Position numbers and translations under genes: made by a program
Shown: positions 36,642-45,018 of the stretch, one piece after another
Numbering within the stretch: position 1 is the stretch's first letter
How the letters are laid out: the number at the start of each line of letters is the position of its first letter
From: Candidatus Latescibacterota bacterium
GTDB lineage: Bacteria > Latescibacterota > UBA2968 > UBA8231
Direction of reading: 5' to 3'
NCBI GenBank assembly: GCA_965223905.1
Contig: CBDCXV010000008.1
Location: 1 to 45,018 of the forward strand
DNA length: 45,018 nucleotides
Notes under the pieces: generated by a model
What the model was told of the DNA's origin: nothing
The model's input: only the letters and a program-made list of their open reading frames with translations
Database searches by the model: none

Positions 36642-39332
36642 CTACTCGAGTGGTTCCAGGCCGACGACGGCGCGGATGAAGAAATGCTCGAAATCGATGT
36701 CCTCGACCGCCCTGGAGCGATCCTTCATGTCCCGCTGGCTCACCTGGTACCCAGCGGTCAATGCCATGTCGTAGCCCGCGTAGTCAAAGTGGTTGACCAG
36801 CATGACGAGGTAGTCGCGCGTGTCGTAGTCGAGGTCTCCGTCCTCGAGATTGCGGTAGAGACCCGGCATTGCCGAAAAGCCCTGAATGCCGCCGCGCAAC
36901 CAGCTGTTTTCGGTGAACCGGTAGTTGGCGACGACCATGGGGAAGGTGAAGAGTTCCGAAAAGGAGTGGACGACCCCTTCGTCGTCGCTCCGTTTGCGCA
37001 ACATGAACTTGAAGCGCGGCGTCACTTCCAGTTCGCCGAGGCGCCAGCGGTAGTCGGCGCGCAGGACGGAGGTCCACAATCGGATCAGGTTGCCGCCCCC
37101 GCGCGGGAGATTCAGCTGACGGTTGGCGTCGAATTTGACGTTGGCTCCGGCGAAGAAGTTGCGCCAGCCGCTGAAGCCGAAGTCGACAAAAGCGGTACTG
37201 ACGAGACTGTTGCGCATGAGCAAGGCGTCTTCGACGAACGGCGCAGGGCGGGTGATCCCCCGCGGCGTGAATATGTTGAAATTCGCCAGATCGCCGTAGC
37301 GGAAGACGTCGTCGGGGATATCGTCCCTCACGCGCTTCAGAAACTCGACGGCTTTCACCTCACCCCACCCCGCAAAGCGCCGTCGGTACTCCGTCTTCGC
37401 GTACCAAACCGCAGTGCGTTGGCCTCCGCGGATGGCTTCCATGGCATAGCGTCCCAGGGTCAGTTGCAGGCCGCGCCGCGGTTCGATGCGTCCGAAGAGG
37501 TGGTAGCCCTCGCGGTTCAGATCGTAGGGGTAGTCCTGTTTCCTGTCGTTTTCGCGATGATCGATAACGCCGTTGTTGTTGAGATCGTCGCCGTAGTCGA
37601 AGTCGTCCGGATCGACGTCGTAGAGCAGGAAAGGCTCGAAGTAGTCGGGCGTGCCGTTGCGGTTGCGATTGGTGTCCGGGGTGCCGTCCTGGTCCCTGTC
37701 AAGGCCCGGGAAGACGCCGTTGTTATCCTCGAAAGCCGGCAGGAAAACCTGGTCGGGAAAAGGGTCCTTGTCGTCGTTGTCGTCGACGGGGTTCAGATCC
37801 AGCGAGTAGTTGAGGTTGTGCTTGACGAAGCCCTGCTCGTAGCTGCCCCCGAGCGTGAAATCCGTGACCGCGAGCCGGGTGGTGTAATCCGGCTCCAGAC
37901 GGAACCACTCCCCGCCGGCGGACAGCTGCGGCGTCAGCTCGCGCTCGAAGTTGACGAGCCAGGCGTTGCCGCCGCGGTCGTGCCGAGTGCCGGCGTGGGC
38001 GCTGATGGGGTACTGGAGGAAGTTGAAGCTGCGAGCCCATTCCGCCTTGAGTTGAAAGCCCTTCACGTCCGTGGCCAGGCGCAGATCACCCAGCGTCACC
38101 CCGGTTTGTCGGCCGTATTTGAAGCGCACCTGCCGCAAACCCGCACCGGCGGTCCCGCGGCCTTCGGAACCGGCCACTTCCTGGTAGGGGGTGGAAAGGT
38201 AGCGGTTGTTGACCGCGCTGGTGTTCGGGTCGATGACGTAGATCTCGGCTGTATGGATACGATAGTCGCCGCTGACCAGGACTTCGAAGGACGCCCCTTC
38301 GACTTCACCGTCGGTGGGAATGGGAAACCAGAAGAGGAGGTAGTCCCTGCCTGCGGCGCTGAAGTAGCCTCCCTCGTCGCGCTCGGCGGCATAACGGGAG
38401 TCGCGCAGCACTTCCACGTAGGGCGGTATCGGCCGCTCGAAAAGTCTGGCCCCGTTCACGTTGAGGGCGTCGAAATCCTCGGTGTTGTGGCGGGTGACGA
38501 GCGCAGCGATATCATCCCGCTTCTCGCCGTCGAGGTACAGGGCGACGTCGAAAACCCGGGTTCCTCCCCCATCCCGCATCGAGCTGTCCTCGATACGGAC
38601 CACCAGGTACTCCACTGGCTGCACCACGTTGGGCAACTGGCCCCTCATGCCGTTCCAGTTCGAGGGCGAGCGGCTGTCGATGCGGAACATGTTGACGTAG
38701 GAGGCGCTCAGATCGATGGTGCGCCAACGCCACTGCCAGTGACTGCCCAGCAGGTACGCAGCGAAGGCGGTGGTGCGCGCGGTGCCTTCCGTGCCGGCGA
38801 AGACGGGGCGGTCGAGGCGGGAGGTGACGACCGTGAAGCCATGGTGCTGGTTGGACAGGTCCCAGCGCACCCCGTTGAGAGCCGCCATGTCGAGAACGAG
38901 CGGCGTGAAGCGGGTGCGGATGCGGTCTCCGATGATCAGCCGGGTCTGCCAGTCCTTGTAGCTGTCGTCGGCGACCATCAGGCGGCTCAGGAAGGCCTGG
39001 TAGTTGGAAGATTTGTCCAGGTGGCTGCCCGTGAAGACTTGGACCGGATCGTCGAAGCGCCTCGTCTCCTGCAGCCGGTAGGCCTCGACGCCGTTGACGA
39101 GGAAGCCGCCGAACTCGTCGTAGATCGGATTGGTCGTGCGCGTGAGCAGATTGCGTGGCCAGGTCCGGTAGCCCTCCAGACCGTAGTTGTCGTAGGTCAG
39201 CGGTCCCGGTCTGTAGAGGAGGAGCCGGGTTCCGGCGGTGTGCGGGTCCAGCAGCCGGGGGTCGCCTTCGCCGTAAGCCGGCAGCGGCAGCCCCGCGAGG
39301 AGGGCCAGGAGTATGACGACTCTCTTCGACAT
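36642..39332 (-). CDS. Large uncharacterised exported protein (896 aa), putative outer-membrane beta-barrel with Asp-rich cassette; paralog 1
   Basis: Signal peptide MSKRVVILLALLAGLPLPAYG; DDNDD-x-D...GVFPGLD...EPFL...GDDLNNNGVID-x-REND; amphipathic strands at the C-terminus. Confidence 0.8.
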   Translation of the reverse strand: MSKRVVILLALLAGLPLPAYGEGDPRLLDPHTAGTRLLLYRPGPLTYDNYGLEGYRTWPRNLLTRTTNPIYDEFGGFLVNGVEAYRLQETRRFDDPVQVFTGSHLDKSSNYQAFLSRLMVADDSYKDWQTRLIIGDRIRTRFTPLVLDMAALNGVRWDLSNQHHGFTVVTSRLDRPVFAGTEGTARTTAFAAYLLGSHWQWRWRTIDLSASYVNMFRIDSRSPSNWNGMRGQLPNVVQPVEYLVVRIEDSSMRDGGGTRVFDVALYLDGEKRDDIAALVTRHNTEDFDALNVNGARLFERPIPPYVEVLRDSRYAAERDEGGYFSAAGRDYLLFWFPIPTDGEVEGASFEVLVSGDYRIHTAEIYVIDPNTSAVNNRYLSTPYQEVAGSEGRGTAGAGLRQVRFKYGRQTGVTLGDLRLATDVKGFQLKAEWARSFNFLQYPISAHAGTRHDRGGNAWLVNFERELTPQLSAGGEWFRLEPDYTTRLAVTDFTLGGSYEQGFVKHNLNYSLDLNPVDDNDDKDPFPDQVFLPAFEDNNGVFPGLDRDQDGTPDTNRNRNGTPDYFEPFLLYDVDPDDFDYGDDLNNNGVIDHRENDRKQDYPYDLNREGYHLFGRIEPRRGLQLTLGRYAMEAIRGGQRTAVWYAKTEYRRRFAGWGEVKAVEFLKRVRDDIPDDVFRYGDLANFNIFTPRGITRPAPFVEDALLMRNSLVSTAFVDFGFSGWRNFFAGANVKFDANRQLNLPRGGGNLIRLWTSVLRADYRWRLGELEVTPRFKFMLRKRSDDEGVVHSFSELFTFPMVVANYRFTENSWLRGGIQGFSAMPGLYRNLEDGDLDYDTRDYLVMLVNHFDYAGYDMALTAGYQVSQRDMKDRSRAVEDIDFEHFFIRAVVGLEPLE

Positions 39333-39346
39333 CGACGGTCCCGCCC

Positions 39347-42073
39347 TCAGTTCGTCCTGACCTGCAGGAAGAATTCCGTGCTCTCGAGGCGGCCCGTACC
39401 TTCGCTCGTGAAATCGGTGAACGACTTGCGGAACCCCAGGTTCATACTGACCTGGTACCCCGTGTAGTCGCTCTTGTTCTGCAGGGAGACGATATAGTGC
39501 CAGGCATCGAAATCGCGTTCCGGCGTCACCTCGCTGCGGAAGCGGTGTTGGATGAAGGGAAAGCCCTGCAACCCCGCCCGCAGCGTCGTTCTTTCCGTCG
39601 GGTGGAAATCGGCGCGCACTATCGGTGCCAGGATGGTCTCGTCGACCAGGGTGTCGCCGGAAACAGACGAATCGACCCGGCGATAGCTCCACTTCAGCAT
39701 CGGCGTGACGTAGACTTTCTCCGCCAGCCGCCAGCGGTAATCCCCCCGCTTCACCACAGCGAGTGACCAGTCGTTGCCCGCCCCCTGCGAGAAGCCGTCG
39801 TCAAAGGCGTCGGCGAAACGGTGGTTGAGCTCATACCGCCACGTCGAGCCCAGGTTCAGGCCAGCGATCGGCGTGTAGTCCACTCTCGCGTAGCTCAGGT
39901 TGGCCAGACTGTTGCGAAAATCCAGCGGATCGGGCCGCAGTCGAAGCAGGTAGTTGCTCTCCTTTTGTGCCGGGCCCTTGCTCGTTGCCGCCGCCTCGGC
40001 GCTCAGCTCGTAGAAATACGTCGGGTCGGGGATGCCGTCCTGGACCCGCTTGGTGCGGTGCCGCAGATCGAGACGCAGGTTCCGGCCCAGGCGCCTGACG
40101 TACCCGGCCTTGGCGTAGAGCGACCGGTTGCGCTCCCTGCCGGCGATCTGCTCGATCTCGTGGCCTCCAAGGGTCACGCGCAGGCCGGAGACAACCTCGG
40201 TCTCGATGAAAAGATGGCGGCCCTCGCTGTCGCGCTCGTAGGCGTAGTCCGGTTTGTTGTCGTTCTCGCGCGCATCGACGACGCCGTTGTTGTTCATGTC
40301 GTCGCCGTACACGAAGCCGCCGGACTCGACGAAATACATGAGGAAGGGTTCCTCGTGATCGGGTACGATGTTGCCGTTGACGTTCGTGTCGGGGACCCCG
40401 TCGTCGTTTTCGTCCAGTCCGGGATAGACGCCGAATCCGAGAGCGCGGCTGGTTGCCGGGTACAAATTCTCCAGCAGATCCATGGCCGGGAGATTGGTGC
40501 TGTCCCTGAAACGCAGATGGAGGGGATCCTCGTGTTCCCAGGAGTCCGGCCAGGGGTCGGCGTCGTCGTTGTCCGCCACCAGTTCGAACTCCCTGTTGTC
40601 GTTGACGAAGTCGTCCCAGTAGTTGAAGGATGTTCGGTAATCGGGAGGCACGCTAAAAAACTCCCACCCGAGGGAGAAGGGGGCGAAGGCGCGCCGTCCT
40701 GCCACCGAGTAGGCTTCCGCCCCGCGCTCGGCGCGTCTGCCCCGGTCGGCCGGAAAGGCGAGATGGTGCGAGCTGACGTTGTAATCTCCGTCGATCTCGA
40801 AACCGAAGAGGCGCAGGTTCGCCTCGGCGCCGTAGAGCTCCAGTCCGGTGGGGAAACCGTATTCGACCTCGACCCATTGCGGATCGGGGTCGCCTTTGCC
40901 CCGGGCGCGAGCCACGTTGCGCCAGTCTTCCCAGATGGTGGTCGAGCGCTTGCGCCCGACGGGGGCGCCCGTATCGATGGCGTAGTCTCCCGACACGAGG
41001 AGGCCGAAGGAGACATCCTCGGCCCCGGGAGGTACTTCGAAGCGGTAAATGATCACGTCGAAATTATCCGCCTCGAGAATCCGGTCGCTGTCCGCAACCA
41101 GACCGTCATCGTAAAGATTCTGCCCCGGTATCAGTGCGAGAGCGTCGAACCCCACCGTTCCGGGGAGCCAGGACTGCCGCCGCCGCGCGTGCGGCAGGTG
41201 GGCGGCGTTCATGGTCTGCGAAACGACGCCGAGCTCCTTTCCCGTGGCGATGACATCCGCAACCTTGCGGATCTGCGGGACGTCCGCGCTGCGCGCCCCA
41301 TCGACGTACATAGCCACTTCGTGAATGCGCCCCCCGCCGCCGTCCTCGGGTGAGTCGTCGCTGACAGCGAGGTAGACTTCCCGCGGCGCCTCGAGGTTGA
41401 TCGGAAACACCCCCTTGCGGAAGGATCCCCGGCCCCTCTCGTTGAGGGTGTCGGTGATGTGCGTATTCGCGTACGAGGCGCTGAATCGCAGCACGCTGCC
41501 GATCTGCGTCTTCCAGTGGAAGCCGAACAGGTAGGTCACGAAGTCCTCCCGTCCCGAGAAGTCGAAATCGCGCAAGGGATCCGAAACGCGGGAGCCGACC
41601 AGCGAAAAGCCGTTGCGCCGCGAGTCCCCGTCCCAGCGGATGCCATCCATCTGCGGAGAAGACAGGAGCATCGGTTTGAAGTGGATTTCGACCCCTCGTC
41701 CCACGATCATGGAAGAACCCCAACCCCGGTAGGAATCACGGGTGACGACCAGATTCTGGAAGAGATTTCTGTAGAGATCGTCCTTGGCCATGATGCTGCC
41801 CCCGAAGGGCGCCAGGGTGCGGTACTCCTGCATCCGGAAGATGCTCGTTCCGTTGAGCAAGGTGACGCCGAATGGATCGTACTCCCGCTGTTCCTCGTCG
41901 AGCCGGAGACCGGCGGGCCCGCGCAGGAGGCGCATGTCCCGGTAGCTGAAGGCGGCGTAGTTCTCGTATTCCTCGTTCTTCCAGTGGGGATAGGTCTCCC
42001 GATTGAGGTACTGCGCTTCGACCGTGGAGGCCGCCGCGATACTCGACAACAGAAGGAAGAGAAGGATTTTCAC
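39347..42073 (-). CDS. Large uncharacterised exported protein (908 aa), paralog 2
   Basis: GTG start with signal peptide KILLFLLLSSIAAASTVEA/Q; the same motifs in the same order as paralog 1. Confidence 0.8.
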   Translation of the reverse strand: MKILLFLLLSSIAAASTVEAQYLNRETYPHWKNEEYENYAAFSYRDMRLLRGPAGLRLDEEQREYDPFGVTLLNGTSIFRMQEYRTLAPFGGSIMAKDDLYRNLFQNLVVTRDSYRGWGSSMIVGRGVEIHFKPMLLSSPQMDGIRWDGDSRRNGFSLVGSRVSDPLRDFDFSGREDFVTYLFGFHWKTQIGSVLRFSASYANTHITDTLNERGRGSFRKGVFPINLEAPREVYLAVSDDSPEDGGGGRIHEVAMYVDGARSADVPQIRKVADVIATGKELGVVSQTMNAAHLPHARRRQSWLPGTVGFDALALIPGQNLYDDGLVADSDRILEADNFDVIIYRFEVPPGAEDVSFGLLVSGDYAIDTGAPVGRKRSTTIWEDWRNVARARGKGDPDPQWVEVEYGFPTGLELYGAEANLRLFGFEIDGDYNVSSHHLAFPADRGRRAERGAEAYSVAGRRAFAPFSLGWEFFSVPPDYRTSFNYWDDFVNDNREFELVADNDDADPWPDSWEHEDPLHLRFRDSTNLPAMDLLENLYPATSRALGFGVYPGLDENDDGVPDTNVNGNIVPDHEEPFLMYFVESGGFVYGDDMNNNGVVDARENDNKPDYAYERDSEGRHLFIETEVVSGLRVTLGGHEIEQIAGRERNRSLYAKAGYVRRLGRNLRLDLRHRTKRVQDGIPDPTYFYELSAEAAATSKGPAQKESNYLLRLRPDPLDFRNSLANLSYARVDYTPIAGLNLGSTWRYELNHRFADAFDDGFSQGAGNDWSLAVVKRGDYRWRLAEKVYVTPMLKWSYRRVDSSVSGDTLVDETILAPIVRADFHPTERTTLRAGLQGFPFIQHRFRSEVTPERDFDAWHYIVSLQNKSDYTGYQVSMNLGFRKSFTDFTSEGTGRLESTEFFLQVRTN

Positions 42074-42110
42074 GTCGCTTGAACCCTTGCCTGCAGGTCC
42101 GGTATCCCCT

Positions 42111-44207
42111 TCAGTAGACAACAGCCACGCTGGCCGTGCCGGTCTCGTGGCCGCGGTCGACACGGGCCTTCACCCGCACTATGTAGATCCCCGGCGACAC
42201 GGCGTTGCCGGCGTCATCGCGTCCGTCCCAGTATCCGGCCACCAGGGATGCGTCTCCTCCCCCGGAGGGGAGCACGTACTCACCCCCCGACAACCGCCCC
42301 GCACGCAGGGACCGCACCCGCCGCCCGCGCAGATCGGACACTGCGATCTCCACTTCCCGCTTCTGGTTGACCCGCGCCAGGACGAACTCCACCACCGCAC
42401 CCTCATTGGCTCCGTCTCCGTTCGGGGAAAAAACGGGCGGGCGCACACGGACGCCGCTCAACACCTTCGCCCGCACGTCGGCAGCGCGGGGACTGCCAGG
42501 TTCGCGGAACACCCCGGTCCGCGTCGAACGAGGTGTCTTCCTCTCCATCGAGGGAAACCTCTCCGCCCGGACCCGTTACGCGGGGACGAAAGGCGAACTG
42601 ATTGGTCAGCAGGCGAGCCCGGAAGCGGATCACCAGGCGGCCCGACAGGTTCCAGGCCGAGCTGAATCGCATCTCCAGGGCATCACCCCAGGCGATGGTC
42701 TCGGCCAACTCGACCCCATCGGGCAGCTCGATCTCTTCGACCTGTGCGCGGCTGGGTGTGGCGATACGCACCCGCTCTATGCCCAAGTCTCCGGCGGCGA
42801 AGTCGGCTTCCAGGGTGTAGGTGAACAGCGTGTCCTGTCCCAGTACCGCCGCGTCGGCACGACCCCAACCGGTGACCTGCGAGGCGGGCACCTCCTCGCC
42901 GAAGACGACCGTCAGGGTGTCGAGCCGCGGGGCCCGCGTCTTCGAACTGCGAAACCATCTCCGCGCGATACTGAAGCCAGCGGCGCGGTTCGGGCACGAT
43001 CAGCGGGGCATCGCGCTCGGTGACCGGCGCACTCCAGTCGCTCCAGGTCAGGCTGTCGTCGCTGCTGCGAAAGCGGAGGGCGATGGCGGTTCCTTCCGGC
43101 GTCTGCCCGGACCAGCGGACGCGGTCGAAATTCTTGCGGTCCGGCCGGCCGAGGTCCAGCGGTTCGGAGAGCCACTGTCCTGAAGGCGCGAAGCCCTCGC
43201 CGAAGACCTGGATCTCGGCAATCTCGGTATTTCTTATGGGATTGATGTCGATGGCGACGACCCGCACAAAGCGGGTAACCAGGGGCGTAAAGGTGGCTTT
43301 CGTCTGCTCGAAATCGGCGATTCCGGTCAGCGTGCGCACTCCGACAAAGTGAATCCCGTCATCACTGGTTTCGACTGCATATCCCCTTATCGAATTCTCG
43401 GCGAATTCCTCGGGGGACCCGCCCCGGGTGAGCACTCGAACCTGGCCGATCAGGCGCCGGCTCGACAGGTCGACTTCGGCAAATACGTTGCGTTGCAGCG
43501 GGGTGATTCTCCAGAAGGTATCGCCCTGTCCGTCGAAAGCGTCGGGCATGTTCGAAGAGAGTCCGAGAGCGATGTTCTCGCCCTGGATGGTGCGCAGAGT
43601 CATTCCACCCTGCGGCCGGCCGGTGTCCACTCCTCCGGGAAAGCCGGCAATCACCTCGGCACCCGAATCGCCGATCCCCCGGCGAGCTCATCGCCGTCGA
43701 GGTATCCCAGTTGGACCGGTTTCCACGCCGGGTCTTCACTGACGTCGGCCGTCTGCCAGGAACTTCCGCGTTGAGGTGCGCCGGTCCATCGCCACAGGTT
43801 CAGTCCGCCCGGCCTGCTGACGCGGACGTCGTTTTCGGCAACGCGGATTTCGGCGATCAGACCATTTCCTCCGCGACCCCGGTTGACGACGCGCACGGCG
43901 AGATCGTTCTCCCCGCGCTCGAGGGTCAGCCCGTATTCCTCCACCGTCGTCCAGTCGCCGTCGCCGGCGCCCAGCGAGCTGCCGTTGAAGAAGACCTCGT
44001 GCTCGTCTACCGCCGTCAACCGAAGGGTCGCCTGTCCCGCCGCGGTGCAGAGAACGTGTAGCGGTAGTAAACCTCCCGATCCCACCGGTGCTCCCTGCAC
44101 TCCACCGGGCCGCCGGTTCCCTGCCGGCACTCCATCACCGCAGCGGCGGGCGCCGTCAGCCCGACAGCGGCGGCGATCAGGCATGTTGCGGTTATCCGCT
44201 TCCTCAC
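42111..44207 (-). CDS. Secreted multi-domain protein (beta-sandwich + discoidin/F5-8-like + C-terminal FlgD-Ig), split by about 4 frameshifts
   Basis: Signal peptide from GTG 44207; LTAVDEHEVFFNG, ENIALG...AFDG...EVDL...RFVRV...EIAEIQVFGEGF, WSDWS...RWLQYR, VFSPNGDGAN...WDGRDDAGNAVSPGIY...VAVVY* in successive frames. Confidence 0.78.
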
Positions 44208-44672
44208 CGCCGAGGCTTTTCCCCTGCGGGTCCGTGATAGGGCAGCAACTCCCCCACCGAAACCGCCTTGTTGGTATGAGTCAATACCAGCTTCTCGTAT
44301 TCCCCGAAAGGCTGCCAGCGTTTCGAACCATCCTCCCACACGTGCTCGGGCTCCGCCTCCGGCCACGGGATCCCCACGCGCCTCAGCGCCTCCTTCTGAT
44401 CGAAAGGCTTCATTCCCCAGAAGGTGTAGGTGACGTAACGCGCGATGCCGTCGCGCAAGACGACGTATACACGGGTGCTGTCGCCATCAATGTTCTTCCA
44501 TCGCAGGACATCGACGTTTTCCGCCTTTTCCAAGACATCATCGGGCGGACCAAAGACCGGGTCAGCTCGGCTTCGGTCCTCTTCAGTATCTTGCGCACAT
44601 CGATGTAATCCCTTTCTCCGCAGCCGGCAGCGGCGATCAGGAAAACGCGACGAATCTGAAACAGGTGTTCAT
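44204..44672 (-). CDS. Small lipoprotein, one frameshift near 44550
   Basis: MNTCFRFVAFSLIAAAGC lipobox; continues as GPPDDVLEKAENVDVLRW...; stop overlaps the next GTG. Confidence 0.65.
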
Positions 44673-44714
44673 AAAGGGGCTCCTGCGGCGCCGGTTGCGC
44701 CGTTGTCCGGCGCT

Positions 44715-45018
44715 CTACATCGGCCTGCCGTACTGGGTGAAGCCGATGAGACCGCGGATAAAAAACGTCCAGCTGTCGAATTCCCTGAACTGCTGCAAGG
44801 GGTCGTCGAATTCCTGCTTGTCAAGCCTGTAACCGATGATGGTGAACAGCTCGTAACCGAAGTACATGGAGCGATTGGTAAGGTTCAGGTACTTGGTGCG
44901 GCGCTCGAAGGTGTTGCGCATTGCCGCCCGATCCTCGAAGCGGTAGGGGAAGGGACCGATCCCCTGAATGCCCAGCTGCAGCGTCGTCCGGCTCAGGAGC
45001 GGGTACTTGAGGCGCAGG
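44715..45018 (-). CDS. C-terminal end of a third paralog of the large putative barrel family (partial)
   Basis: RTTLQLGIQG...LTNRSMYFGYE...GY...FFIRGLIG aligns with the C-termini of paralogs 1 and 2. Confidence 0.78.
   Translation of the reverse strand, partial: LRLKYPLLSRTTLQLGIQGIGPFPYRFEDRAAMRNTFERRTKYLNLTNRSMYFGYELFTIIGYRLDKQEFDDPLQQFREFDSWTFFIRGLIGFTQYGRPM

Noticed and set aside
36435-39467. 1010-aa plus-strand ORF, and similar long antisense ORFs (8006-9568, 11441-13189, 25714-27492, 31738-33408, 39821-41353)
   Set aside because: Shadow frames opposite well-supported genes; expected from high-GC codon bias; no recognisable motifs
39333-39692. N-terminal extensions of ORFs 36642-39692, 39347-42163, 20636-21568, 21406-22149 and 22058-22915
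   Set aside because: Most overlap upstream genes; downstream starts give proper signal peptides or family N-termini

Overview
High-GC bacterial accessory region with no rRNA, tRNA or CRISPR array seen. The gene repertoire resembles Latescibacterota/Poribacteria-type bacteria (inference only). From left to right: (1) an AAA_14/DUF4143 ATPase, a nucleoside 2-deoxyribosyltransferase and a broken DUF4097-like fragment. (2) A divergent cluster of four CRTAC1-like (FG-GAP + ASPIC/UnbV) genes and two TPR genes, partly decayed, followed by a DUF6785/6784-type polytopic membrane protein. (3) A small-molecule metabolism block: four PhyH-like dioxygenase genes (one with an in-frame TGA, one remnant), a class III aminotransferase, an HpcH aldolase, two cupins, an SDR, a GH63-like hydrolase, an Ldh_2 reductase and two GHL10-like TIM barrels. 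(4) A secreted protein with a T9SS-A/FlgD-like tail, a TPR protein and a minus-strand operon of three paralogous uncharacterised large exported proteins. The two complete paralogs (~900 aa) share an Asp-rich Ca-binding-like cassette and all three share a barrel-like C-terminus. That operon also holds a lipoprotein, a discoidin-like/FlgD protein and a fifth CRTAC1. It is the best candidate for an undescribed cell-envelope system. A family of CTAG-targeting MITEs is scattered across the window: four 168-bp copies, one 239-bp copy, one collapsed copy and an IS630 remnant with a related end. Their core can fold into a strand-specific hairpin with tandem G.A pairs, and several insertions rewrite gene starts or stops. 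Many single-base frameshifts may be assembly errors or real decay.
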